A stretch of DNA of 64,000 bases from assembly GCA_964019335.1 (NCBI GenBank), contig OZ025701.1, forward strand, positions 458,716 to 522,715, written 5' to 3'. The translations under genes and the position numbers were made by a program. How positions within the stretch are numbered: position 1 is the first letter of the stretch; each line of letters opens with the position of its first letter. The DNA comes from Diplonema japonicum (Eukaryota; Protista; Euglenozoa: Diplonemea). The notes beneath the pieces were generated by a model. That model saw nothing but the letters and a program-made list of their open reading frames with translations. It did no database searches and was not told the origin of the DNA. Below, in pieces: positions 12,132-22,884 of this stretch.

Positions 12132-14442
12132 TTCTTCCTTTCTTTTTTTTTTATTGTCCTTCCCCGCCTCCCTCCCCCTTTATTTATTATTTTTTTTTTA
12201 AACCACTAAACCCACATGTCATATATATATATATATGACATTAAAAAGAAGGGGGGGAAAAAATCTATAGACCTTTTGGTTCAAAGGGCGACCTTTCATT
12301 CTTTTTTGGAATCATTGCGCGATTTCTTTTCATTTTGTTTGGCTAAATGCTGTCTTTTTCCGGCATTAAGGGTCTAAAATACAGGGAAAAGTGACAATGA
12401 GGAATACTCGACTCTACCTGAAGGGGGGCATCACCGTGATCTTCAGGAGCCCGAAAGGCCGGACGCCAGAGAGGTGTGAAACGCAAGCTAAATCTGGGCT
12501 ACAATAGTGTTTTTATGCATTTTTAGTATTTATTTTACCAAACAGTATTGGGTCAAAAAAATCAGAAGGTCAAAAGCCAGCTCAGGGCCTGAATGTCTCC
12601 AGAGGTCATTTCTCCATAAAAAGAACACTTTGTATGGAAATGCTGCCAATTTTTTTTTTTTGAATTTCTTTTTAGGAAATTGACTTTTTCGGTTATTGGC
12701 TGTGGGCTTAATGGTTAAAATGAAAATAATGGGAGGAATTTAAAGGGGAAAGGGGGGGGGAGAAAAGCGGGGGGAGGGGGTATCAAACAAAGTAGCTACG
12801 CCTTCCACCTTTATCACGGTAATGAAGGAGAGAAAAAAAAATGGGGAGGGGGGGGGGTAAAAGGGGAAACTTGAGTAAGGAAAGCACTGGTGTGGGGTAA
12901 TTGCCCCTCATTTTCTTTTTTTTTCCCCCCCTTTCCCTATACTATTAACGGGGGAATTTTTTTTTTCCCCCTCTTCTCGGCGCTTGTTAATTTTTTGTGC
13001 ATTGATGCAACAAAAAAAAAAAGGAGCTCAAAGTTCAATAACCTGGTGCCAGGTGCCAGGCCGCGCTGAAGAAAGGGGCTGAGGGAGAGGGGAAGCAAAA
13101 GGATAATACGAAAAAAAAAAAGAAAAAGAAAAAAAAAAGCAAAAAAAAGAAAAGTGCTATCATGTTGTGCTTACAGTAAGTTAAAAATTTCCGTGCACTC
13201 TTTAGACCTGATTTTTTTTTTTTAATGACAACAAAGCCTGAGGAAGGGCTTCATGAATTCATTTTGAGACAAAAAGAAAAACGCGAATCAAATTGAGAAG
13301 AAGTAGAATTAATCACCCCTTTGGTTTTTTGTTTTTGTTTTTTTTTTAACTCGCCGAGGGGGGGGTAAAAAAAAGAAGAAAAAGAAAAGGAGAAAAGAAA
13401 AAGAAAAAGAAATGACCGTAAGCATTAGGATGGGGTTGAGGGGGGGGGGGGGGGGGAGAAGGAAAAGACGAAAGGGGAGTGGGTGTTTTTACGAAATGGT
13501 GCATTCTTTTTTATTTCTCTTTTTTTCCCCCTCCCCCTGGAAAAAAAAAATAGGATGTGCCTTTGTGGCTGCTAATTCCCTTTTTTTATTTCATAGTTCC
13601 TGCCTTGAGCCTGAACCTTTTCTTTTTTTTTACTTTTTTTTTCCCTTCTTGTAGTAGCACGAAGAATCTTTTACCAGGGGAAGAACCTTTACGTAGCTTG
13701 CAAGTGAAAAAAATCAGGCCTCTTGTGATTCGCACTTTTTTTTTTTTTTTTTTTTTTTTTTGTAAACACTTTTTTTTTCCCTACAAAATAGCGGGGGTGA
13801 AAAGAGAGGGGTAGTCTTTTTTTTTTTTTTTCCCTCGTTTTTTTCTTGTTCTTTTTTCATTTTTTTTTTCAAAACTTTGCTTAATTTTAGTTTTTAGAAA
13901 AGGAACAGAATACAATTCTTCTTTTTTTTTTTTCCTATTTCTCCCCGGTCCACCAGATCGGTACCAACAGGTCTTTGTGACCCACTAGACCGCGAAGCGT
14001 CAACAAGGGGAAAATAAAATAGAAAAAAAAAGGGGATAGAGGGAGGTGGGCAAGACTTTTTTTTTTGAAACGAGAAGAGATCATCAAGGAGCGAAGAAAC
14101 AAAGGTATAAAAAAAAAAAATAATAATATATATATAAAAAAAAAAAGCGATACTTTTTGTTTCCCCCTTTTTTTTTCCTTCTTTTTTTTTTCCCCTCCCT
14201 TTCTCTCCCCACCCTCTTCTGGATCCCTTCCTCCTGTTTCGTTTTTTTTTTTTTTTTTAAGTGTAGAAAAAAGAGAGAAAAAAAAAAAAAAACACATCTC
14301 CAGCGAAAGACACACATAAGCACTTAAATCGCTCATTATTTATAAAATAATAATAATAAACCTCCCCCCACCCCCCGAAGTTAGTACCCGTCAAAGATTT
14401 TCTCTCCCTCTCTCTCTCCTCCTCCCACTTTTTCTTTGTCTT

Positions 14443-14517
14443 CTAATCGCACTTTGTAGGAGGTATGCCGTTGTTCTCAATGCGAGGAGGGGGGTGTGCC
14501 TCATTCCATTCTTTCAC

Positions 14518-14551
<34 letters not shown>

Positions 14552-15201
14552 TGTACACCATACCTTAGGGTGATTGTGGACAAGGCTGACCCGTTTCAAA
14601 ACATTTTTGTATGGGGTGCAGCATTCCTTAGGAATACCATCAAGCACACCACTATTATTTTATTTTTTTTTTATTTTTTTTTTATTTTTTTTTTATTTTT
14701 TTTTTTTTACTAATAATACCTACTCCACCAATTAACCCGAGCATACAGCTGAAGGTCTGCAATATCCAGGTCGGTGGTTGACTTGTCAGAAAGACGGTTC
14801 TCAATAAGCATCATTATCGAAACGAATGACGTCGCCAGCCATTTGGCGCGCTCAGCTATCTTCTGATCCCCTGCAGGCATATGGATAGTTCTGCCTATCT
14901 GCCAGGTAAGGTCCCCTAGCAAATAAATGATTTCATCATTCTGGAAGGCTACGAGCGGGTCCGACGGGGTAAGCCCTGCCAGAGCACCGGCATATCGCAG
15001 AATTGCGAGACTCTGTGTGTACATTTTCCCGTCAACCTCCAGGACCGGGACCTGCCCCAGCGGCATCTCAGCCTTGCACCCCGGCCAGTCTTGGAACGTG
15101 ATCCTCCTGTCTGTGAATTCAATTCCCGAAATGTGAAACGCCAGCCTCACCGGCTCACCCCCTCCCGCCAGATCAAAATAATGAAGCGTGATCTGCGGCA
15201 T
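14443..15201 (-). CDS. Glutathione S-transferase (sigma-like), 3 exons, 214 aa
   Basis: LHYFD...GEPVRLAF, PLGQVPVLEVDG, QSLAILRY. Exons 15201-14720, 14651-14564, 14517-14443 (introns 68, 46 nt) restore SGVLDGIP...HPKVKEWN. Confidence 0.92.
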
Positions 15202-15798
15202 TTGGTTTTTTTTCTTTTTTTTTTTTCCACCCCCTTTGTTCTTCTTGGTACCAAAAAATATATTTTTAATTTGGAAAAAAAAAAAAAAGAAAAAAAAAAA
15301 AAAAAAAGGTGAGTGGGAGGAGAAAGAACATTTTTTTTTTTGCTTATCCCTTGCTTACGTTTCAAGGGGAAAGGAGGGGGTAAGTGTGGGAGTGTAGAAG
15401 TAACAAGATTTCCTTTTTTTTTCTCCTTTATTCCCGAAAGGAACCGAGAGTGGGGGGGGGGGAACTAAGGGGGGTTGACTCTAAGATTGAGACACCTTGG
15501 CTGGCTTCAGGGTCTTTAATGTTGTACACAGGCATAAGGAGTAGTAGGGGGAGGAGAAGAAAAAGTCTTTTTTTTTTCAAGGTTAGCTGGACTTTCTTCT
15601 TTTTTTTTCCTTGTTTTTTTCTTTTTTTTTTTTTCCGCCCTATTTCCTCCGCCGTTACCTCTCTTTTTCCTTTTCCCCTTTTTCTTTTTTTTCCAAAAAA
15701 CACGCCAGGTCATCCACGCATTGTCACTCACGAATTATCTTTTTTCCTGGTCCCCCCACTCTCGCCCTCATATTGCACAACAAAAAAAAAGTGAAATC

Positions 15799-17316
15799 CT
15801 ATTTCTTGAGCAAGTGCGTCAATAAAGCGTCCCTTCTTTCCCGCAGCACCAAGTCTATTTCCACTGTGTAGGGTTCCGGCTTCTCAAGACGGGTGTGGTT
15901 ATCCTTAAGCCGGGCAAGAGTAGCAAGTGTGGTCTTCTGAATGTCTTGAACCGTGCGTGGCGCGTTTACCCGAGAGGTGCCGTCCCACTGCAGAGGGAGG
16001 AGCTCATAGGACGTCAAGCCGTCTGTGCCCTCAGCCGGAAGGCTGTTCTCGTCATCGTGGATCTGTATTTTTTATATTTTTTCTTTTTTTTTTCTTTTTC
16101 ATTCAAAATTACGCACCAAATCTTTTTCAAAAGCACCGTCCTTGTTCAGATACCTCCTCACCTTCAGCGCCCCGGGGATGGACGCCTTTGAGGGGCAGGA
16201 CACGGCAGCCTTCATGACATACCGCCGTCCCTTGCCTTCATCGACAGATGCGAGCTATTAAAATGTTTACTTTTTATTTTTGTATTTATTGCAACATACC
16301 TTATACACGCACCCAAGGGCAGGCTGGTCGTAGCAGGTTGCCAGCCGTGTGCCGACACCCCACACGTCGATCCTGGCACCGCGTGAGATGAGGTCTTGGA
16401 TTTTGTACTCATCAAGGTCGTCAGAGGCTATGATCTTGACGTCCTGCAGACCTGCCTTGTCGAAGAGGTCACGTGCCTGTGCAGAGAGTACGGCAAGGTC
16501 TCCGCTGTCAAGGCGGATCCCACCCAGACGGTGCCCCTTGGCGGCAAGCTTCAGCCCCACCTCAACGGCCTTCTGCAGTCCCCTCTGTGTGTCGTAGGTG
16601 TCAACCAGGAGGACGGTGGAGTCGGGGAACACATCGGCGTAAGCCTCAAAAGCGTCCTCTTCCTCTTCAAAGGACATGACCCATGAATGGGAGTGCGTGC
16701 CCTTTACAGGGATCCCGAACAGCTTGCCTGCCAACACATTCGAGGTAGCTCTGCAGCCGCCGATGTATGCAGCACGTGACATGGAAACGCCCCCGTCAGG
16801 CCCCTGCGCCCTCCGTAGGCCGAAGTCCAGCAGTTCCCCTGACGTTGTTGCCAGCGACACTCTCGCTGCCTTTGTCGCTACTAATGACTGGAACCCTATG
16901 ATGGTTAGGAGCGGTGTTTCCAACAGCTGGCACTGCAGCAACGGGCCCTCCAGCCTTACCAGCGGCTCGTTTGGGAACACCGCATCACCTTCCTTCACAC
17001 CGTACACCTTCACGTCTAGCTTCAGCCCCGCAAGGTAGTCCACGTAGCCTGCGTCGAATAGTCGCTTCCCGCCTTCCTCCAGCTCTTTGAGGTACTTCAC
17101 GTCACTCTCGCTGAGTCCCCAGTTCTCCAGGTACTCCAGTGCCGTCTCCAGCCCTGCGTTGATGGTGTAGCATCCCTTGAAGGGGTTCTTTCTGAAGTAG
17201 AGCTGGAACACACTCGGTTGGTTGTGCTTCCCCTGCTTCCAATACCCCTGCCCCATGGTGATCTGGTACTGGTCCGTCAGCAGGCTGAGCGATGTGTTTT
17301 TGTAAAGCGCCTCCAT
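15799..17316 (-). CDS. NAPRT: Nicotinate phosphoribosyltransferase, 3 exons, 472 aa
   Basis: LLTDQYQITM, DFGLRRAQG, GTHSHS, LVDTYD, IRLDSGDL, GVGT, ALGCVYK. Exons 17316-16300, 16254-16117, 16062-15799; introns 45 and 54 nt. Confidence 0.95.
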
Positions 17317-17522
17317 CGTGTGCTGTGCCTGATGTGTGGTGGGGTGGGGAAACGGGGGATGTACAAAAGGATGGTTAACCTTAGGGGGAAAAAAGAAAAA
17401 AAAGAGGGGGTAATCAATATCTTGTCCAGATTCACAGAAGAGAAAAAAAAAGAAGAAATCCAAGTTAAGGAAACAAAAAAAGCAAAACAAAAACAAAAAA
17501 AACGCACATTAGATGAAGATAA

Positions 17523-18164
17523 CTATTTAAGCACCTTGGTGCCGTAGGTAGCCCTGTCGACTATGAGGGTGATGGCCATGCGCTTCTTGTCAGCTTCCCA
17601 CTTGGCAGTGCCCCTGTTGGTGTAGACCTTTTTCGAAAGTGGGAGGAGAAGGCGGTAGTTGGGTGATCTGAGGTCAATCTGCTCGGGCTGCACATCAAGG
17701 TTGATTTCAGCAGCCGAAGTCTCCTTCGGCATCTCCACACGGATAAGCATCTCCTCGCACGAGGCACTGGAGGGGTCCTTCTCGTAGTCAAGGCCTAGGT
17801 ACACATCGTTAGTGCCCACCGTCTGTTTGTGGAGGACTTCGTACTCGGGTCTGAGGCGTGACTCGTAGGCGGCCACAGAGCACTCATCGACCTCATCGTC
17901 GTCCCAGATCTCATTCTTGATTTCGATCTTCTTTTTCTTCTTCTGCTTTGAAAAGCTCGCCCCGTCCATGGGACCGGCCTGTGGACCCACGCCCCCCGGA
18001 GTCACCATGGACCCCGTTGGCCCTGGTGCAGGGTCCATCCCTGTTGTCGATCCTGAGTAGCCCGTCACCCTCCCTGCCCCTGCCCCCGCCTCCCACTCCC
18101 TGTTCTTGGCATTCTCCGGGTCGCAGATGTCCACCAGCGCACTTAGTTCCCCTTGGTGGAGCAT
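17523..18164 (-). CDS. DNAAF6: PIH1 domain dynein assembly factor (PIH1D3/DNAAF6/Twister)
   Basis: IWDDDEV...RLRPEYEVLHKQTVGTNDVYLGL..KDPSSASCEEM...LDV...LRSPNYRLLLPL...AKW. ATG taken at 18164. Confidence 0.85.
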   Translation of the reverse strand: MLHQGELSALVDICDPENAKNREWEAGAGAGRVTGYSGSTTGMDPAPGPTGSMVTPGGVGPQAGPMDGASFSKQKKKKKIEIKNEIWDDDEVDECSVAAYESRLRPEYEVLHKQTVGTNDVYLGLDYEKDPSSASCEEMLIRVEMPKETSAAEINLDVQPEQIDLRSPNYRLLLPLSKKVYTNRGTAKWEADKKRMAITLIVDRATYGTKVLK

Positions 18165-18220
18165 GTTGGTGTGGTGACCTGTGTGAGGTACGGTTCTTTC
18201 ATCTGCTTGTTCGCTTGTAA

Positions 18221-19138
18221 CTACCAAACACGGTGCTCCGCTAGGACGGACGGCACCCTCGCAGCGACGGCACAAGCACGCACGCGGTCCTCGCCCTCTA
18301 GCTCACGGATAACAGACTCCATCAGTGTGGACAGGTCCTGCACGAAGGCCTCCACTGAAGGGTAGGTGTCGACACGGAGCCGGGAGGAGAAGGAAGAGAG
18401 GCCCGAAGAGCCTGAGTACATGTTGCTGCTGTCTATGGCGATGAGTGCAGCGACGGCTGCCAGGCATGCTTGGAGCTTGGGTTGTGGGATGGAAGACGGT
18501 TGCATGCGGAAAGGGGAAATCCAGGGCAACCTGCTGGGCAGCTTGCTTAGCATAACTGCTGCGTCAGGCATTCCTCGGAGGATGCCCGAGTACAGAACGT
18601 AGCGCAGATCCATCTCGATGTCCTCGTCGGTGACATAAACGGAGGCGATGACCTTCGAGCGCACTGTGTCCAAGTGCAGGTAACTAAAAGCGGCACCCAC
18701 CGGGGGCAGCTTAGGAGTGCAGAAGGCACCCTCAGTGTCCTCCAGCAGCAGCCTCTCGACAATGTCCAGCCAGGTGTTCTTGAAGCAGCCAGTGCGGGAG
18801 ACAGGACTGGCGGTAGGTGCAGCGAGGGTTTCCATCCACACAGGGGGCGTCCCTCCCTCGGCTTGCACAATGCCCCGCAGAGAGAGCAGCCCCCTCACAT
18901 ATCGCTCGTCCCTAGTCTCTGTGTACCGTTGGAACATCTTGTCAGCAGCAGAGTGGTATCCCTCACACTCCGATGACAGGCACACACCCACCACCTTGTC
19001 CAGCACAGCCAAGACACGCCCTACCAACTCTTCGTTTCCTTCTTCCTCATCCTCCCTCACAGCCTTTCGCACCCTGCCCTCACTACCCCATCCCATCCAA
19101 TCTTCTCTACGCTGCTTGCTCCATACTAGTGATGCCAT
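18221..19138 (-). CDS. Hypothetical protein (305 aa)
   Basis: Clean ATG-to-stop ORF with coding-like composition in the cluster orientation; no family recognised. Confidence 0.7.
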   Translation of the reverse strand: MASLVWSKQRREDWMGWGSEGRVRKAVREDEEEGNEELVGRVLAVLDKVVGVCLSSECEGYHSAADKMFQRYTETRDERYVRGLLSLRGIVQAEGGTPPVWMETLAAPTASPVSRTGCFKNTWLDIVERLLLEDTEGAFCTPKLPPVGAAFSYLHLDTVRSKVIASVYVTDEDIEMDLRYVLYSGILRGMPDAAVMLSKLPSRLPWISPFRMQPSSIPQPKLQACLAAVAALIAIDSSNMYSGSSGLSSFSSRLRVDTYPSVEAFVQDLSTLMESVIRELEGEDRVRACAVAARVPSVLAEHRVW

Positions 19139-19520
19139 GTGTTCCTTGGTGTAACTGCGCTGCGGCGTTACACTTTAGAAAGTTGCTATTTTTTTTTTCT
19201 TTCTCTTGTGAAAAAGAAGAGGTAAGAAATACCGGGGGGAAGTCTGCGGTCGATGAAAGTAGAGAGGGGGAGTAGAGAGGGGTTTTTTAAAAAGCTTCGC
19301 TGTGTCAGCAAAGAATATGAAGGAAAAAAAAAGATTTTCTTTTTTTTCTAATGTTCTTTTCACATTCTTTTTTGTGACATTCAAAAAGAAAACACGCTTT
19401 CAGTTGGTCGGGCTGCGAACTGAAGAAAACAAAAACAAAATTACGAAGTGAAGTCATCACGAATCTTTTATAAAAAAAGAAACACACAACATTACAGTAC
19501 GTTGCCAAGACTACGAACAT

Positions 19521-19566
19521 AGCTCATTGAGCTCATTGGGCTCATTGAGCTCATTGAGCTCATTGG
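19521..19566. repeat. 9-bp tandem repeat (AGCTCATTG)x5
   Basis: Directly visible, 10 nt downstream of the protease stop. Confidence 0.9.
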
Positions 19567-19575
19567 CGTAACTAA

Positions 19576-20766
19576 CTAACTTGCTTCATCATGACAATAA
19601 TTCATGAAGTAATTGCCGCTTGTGCCTGCGGTGCAAACCCCCACAGGCATGTGGGTGGGGTAGGGCGTCCCAGAGCAGCCTGTGGAGCCGTACTCATTCA
19701 TCGTGACTGTTGTCTTGTTACAGCTGTTTGCCATTAGAGACCCACCGGAGGGGAGGTCCTGGCACACAAGTAGTGGCACTGTATGCTTCAAACAATTATC
19801 ACTACAGTCCGCACTGATGCACGTCTTCTGCACGAAGTACCCATTCCCTGTGGGGGCAGGAGTCTCCCCTGCCGGGGTCGGCCCCACCCCCCTGACGGAT
19901 GCAGTGCTCGCATATGCCGCCATGCCGCACTGGTTGGTCCCCACCTGCAGGCGGAGGTACCCCTTCTCGCCCCAGTCGGTTCCCCATGAGTTCTTTGCAA
20001 TCCAGTACTCATCCGTGTACCCCACCAGGAGCACTGCATGGTTCAAGGACCTGCCTGTGCAGTTGGTCAGCACCCCTCCTGTGTAGTCCTTCCAGCCGCT
20101 GGCGTCCACCCAAACAGACACAGGGCCATGGTTGTAGACTCGATTGGCGATAGCCGACTCTAGCTGCACGATGCGCTCGAAGGAAGTGACAGTGGCGTGC
20201 TCCGTGTTGTGGGGTGTGTAGCACGTGTGGCTGTGCCCGTCGGCAGAGGTGTACGGGTAGGCCTGCTCCGTGAAGAGGGTCCCGTTGTGTGCAAGGAGCC
20301 ACTCGTAGGCCGTGTTGGTGAAGCCGCCTGCGCAGCCCGCGTCGTGTGTATCGCACGAAACAAGTTCCTGTTCAGAGAGGGACACAAGGGGGTGGCCTGC
20401 AAGGTACCACTGCGCCTCTACGCTGCCCACAGCAGCGAACGCCCATGATGCGACACACCGCCCCTGCGACTTGACAGGTGTCACAGCACCTGCTGTGCGC
20501 CAGTCGATTGCTGGTGGCATCACGACACGCTCGGCACGGCTCTCCACAGGCCGCACGCCTGCCCCCAGATGCTTCCGGAACTCCTCGTCGCTCATGTCGC
20601 TGAACATGTTGAGCACACCGTTCTGCACGTTCCTTGCGAACAGCCTCCGCCGTGCCCCTTCCTCAGCAGGGCTGTACACCTTCCCGTGTGCTGCTTTGTA
20701 GCTGCGCCACAGCACGGCATCATCAGCACGGTAGGCAAAGACCGCCAGGAGGAAGAAGACTGCCAT
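19576..20766 (-). CDS. Cathepsin L/cruzipain-like papain-family protein with C-terminal extension; catalytic Cys replaced by Ser
   Basis: Signal peptide, I29-type prodomain, IDWR..GAVTPVKSQGRCVASWAF, LSEQELVSCD, NHAVLLVGY, YWIAKNSWG, Pro/Thr linker and a Cys-rich FVQKTC...C...C extension like kinetoplastid cruzipain. Confidence 0.93.
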   Translation of the reverse strand: MAVFFLLAVFAYRADDAVLWRSYKAAHGKVYSPAEEGARRRLFARNVQNGVLNMFSDMSDEEFRKHLGAGVRPVESRAERVVMPPAIDWRTAGAVTPVKSQGRCVASWAFAAVGSVEAQWYLAGHPLVSLSEQELVSCDTHDAGCAGGFTNTAYEWLLAHNGTLFTEQAYPYTSADGHSHTCYTPHNTEHATVTSFERIVQLESAIANRVYNHGPVSVWVDASGWKDYTGGVLTNCTGRSLNHAVLLVGYTDEYWIAKNSWGTDWGEKGYLRLQVGTNQCGMAAYASTASVRGVGPTPAGETPAPTGNGYFVQKTCISADCSDNCLKHTVPLLVCQDLPSGGSLMANSCNKTTVTMNEYGSTGCSGTPYPTHMPVGVCTAGTSGNYFMNYCHDEAS

Positions 20767-20816
20767 CCCGCCCTCCTGTGTGTGTGGGGTGCGAAAAGGG
20801 GTATCACATGTAATAA

Positions 20817-21290
20817 CTACTTGAGGATCTCCATCAGGTTTCCAAGCACCTGATCGTTGGTACTGCGCACGGAGTGGGGGCCGTATGGGGGGAGGATCTC
20901 CGCTGCGCCGTCTAGGACAGAGACAGTCCCCTGTTCCTCAGTGGTGAAGGGGAGGCGGGCATGCGTGAGCCGTGCTGTGACCTCCTGCAGCGTTAGGGTG
21001 CTGCCTGTGGTCTCGCTCATGAGCTCTCCTAGCTTAGCTGCTGCCTTCAGGTGGGAAGCTGTCTCTTCAGGCGATGCTGCTGCCCGACTTATTTTGATGA
21101 TTCCATGGCCGGTGACTACCACCACACGAAACCCCCCACTCTCGCCCTCACCCTTTCGCACTACCAGCACACTGCACCCCGTCTCAGGATCGATATTCCA
21201 CAGCAAGCCTCGCACGTCCTGTGCCTTGCATCGCTTCTCCTTGGTCACTTCCACATCCACCACCTGCCCCACGAGCTGCAGGGCTGTCAT
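20817..21290 (-). CDS. GEMIN6: Gemin6-like SMN complex subunit (Sm fold plus C-terminal domain), 157 aa
   Basis: GLLWNIDPETGCSVLV, VVTGHGIIKI and ILPPYGPHSVRSTNDQVL align by eye with Gemin6 GWVLTTDPVSANIVLV, IMGHAVQTV and IDPPYGPENCSSSNEIIL. Confidence 0.75.
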   Translation of the reverse strand: MTALQLVGQVVDVEVTKEKRCKAQDVRGLLWNIDPETGCSVLVVRKGEGESGGFRVVVVTGHGIIKISRAAASPEETASHLKAAAKLGELMSETTGSTLTLQEVTARLTHARLPFTTEEQGTVSVLDGAAEILPPYGPHSVRSTNDQVLGNLMEILK

Positions 21291-22019
21291 GGTACTGAAG
21301 GTGTATAGAAAGATGTGAGGAGAAAATATAATAAAATAAAGATAGCTTTTCAAAAAAAAAAAGAAAAGATAATAAATAGTTATAGTTATAAAATGTAAAG
21401 GCGAGGGAGAAGTGGGGGGGGGGGGGGGGGAGAGAGAGGGGAAAGGCAAAAAAGAAAAAAAAAGAAGAAGAAAAAAGAATTAAAAAAAAAGAACTTTTTT
21501 TTGTTTAACTCCTTTTTTTTCCTCTCCTTTTTTTTAAATGCCTTATAAATAGATTACCCCCCCGTTGCATGGGGGGGGGGGGGTAGAGGAATCTAGAAGG
21601 AAAAAAAGGAAATAAAAAAGGACGGGTAAATGGCGTTAAGAAAATTTAAAAAAGGGGTGGGGTGGGGTTGTGTAAAGAAAAAAAGAAAGATAGAAAGTCA
21701 GGGGGGGACTTTTATTATGAATGACGGCTACGATAGAGAAAAGGGGGGGGGGGGTGATAAATACACGTAAGAAGCTACGATAGAAAAAGGGGGGAGAGAG
21801 AATTTTAGCATTGGTTTGTTCCCCCCTTTTTTTTTCTCCCTTACGCGAGTTTGTTAAAAATGGGGCAAAACACTTACTCGGGGGATTTGAGTGTTGCTTT
21901 GTATTTTTTTTTTTTCGCTTTTTTTTTTTTAAGCAAAGCACCAAAAGGCTCAGTGATGGTAAGAAAGGATGGGGGGGAATGCCAGGCTCTTACCAACACT
22001 GATATTGTTTCGCGCAGTG

Positions 22020-22054
<35 letters not shown>

Positions 22055-22119
22055 ACACACGAATGCCGCTTTTGTCAAAGAATGAAAAGGAGGGGGTGGG
22101 GGGGGGGGGGGGGGGGGAA

Positions 22120-22144
22120 GGTTTTCAAAAGAAGATTTTTCGAA

Positions 22145-22180
<36 letters not shown>

Positions 22181-22266
22181 ACCCAATACCCTCTAAAAAA
22201 ATGACCAAGAAAATCAAAATCTGCCGGGTTAGGGCACTTCTGAGCACTTGTTAATGCTTTTGAAGA
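22120..22266 (+). repeat. Dispersed non-coding repeat, copy 1 (copy 2 at ~54080-54212)
   Basis: Shared AAGGT(A)nCCACCCAATACCCTCTAAA...AATCAAAAT...GCCGG.TTAG.GCA.TTCTGAGCACTTGTTAATGCTTT. Confidence 0.85.
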
Positions 22267-22561
22267 CAAAAAAAAACCATTTTACCACTGCTATGTTGGC
22301 AAGGAAACGCGTTTCCAATCTTTTTTTTGAAAACAAGGAAACGGAAACGTTTCCAACATAGCCCTGGGGGGGAGGGGCAAAAAAAAAACAAAAGGATTGA
22401 GAATCACTTATTTCTTCGTGACATAAAAAGGAGAAAGAGAGAAAGTTGCCCCGTGGGGAAGAAATTATTTTTCTTTTTTCATTTTTTTTTCTTCTTCTCT
22501 TTCTTTTTTTTTTTTTTTTAATCTCAATTAAGAGAATTTTATTGTGTGTGTGGTGTGGTGT

Positions 22562-22761
22562 NNNNNNNNNNNNNNNNNNNNNNNNNNNNNNNNNNNNNNN
22601 NNNNNNNNNNNNNNNNNNNNNNNNNNNNNNNNNNNNNNNNNNNNNNNNNNNNNNNNNNNNNNNNNNNNNNNNNNNNNNNNNNNNNNNNNNNNNNNNNNNN
22701 NNNNNNNNNNNNNNNNNNNNNNNNNNNNNNNNNNNNNNNNNNNNNNNNNNNNNNNNNNNNN
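22562..22761. other. Assembly gap (200 N)
   Basis: Run of N. Confidence 1.
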
Positions 22762-22815
22762 TTGTTTACTTGCATCAGGGAAAACGACCCTTCAAGAGCA
22801 ACATGGGATTCGCAA

Positions 22816-22884
22816 AAAATTATGGTTTTGACAAAATTATGGTTTGACAAAAGTTTGGTTTTTGACAAAATTATGGTTTTGACA
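22816..22884. repeat. ~17-bp tandem repeat (AAAATTATGGTTTTGAC)x4
   Basis: Directly visible, just right of the gap. Confidence 0.85.

Noticed and set aside
12405-12510. U1 snRNA or hammerhead ribozyme
   Set aside because: ACTCTACCTG and CTGAAGA resemble the motifs, but the required stems and the GAAA core do not assemble.
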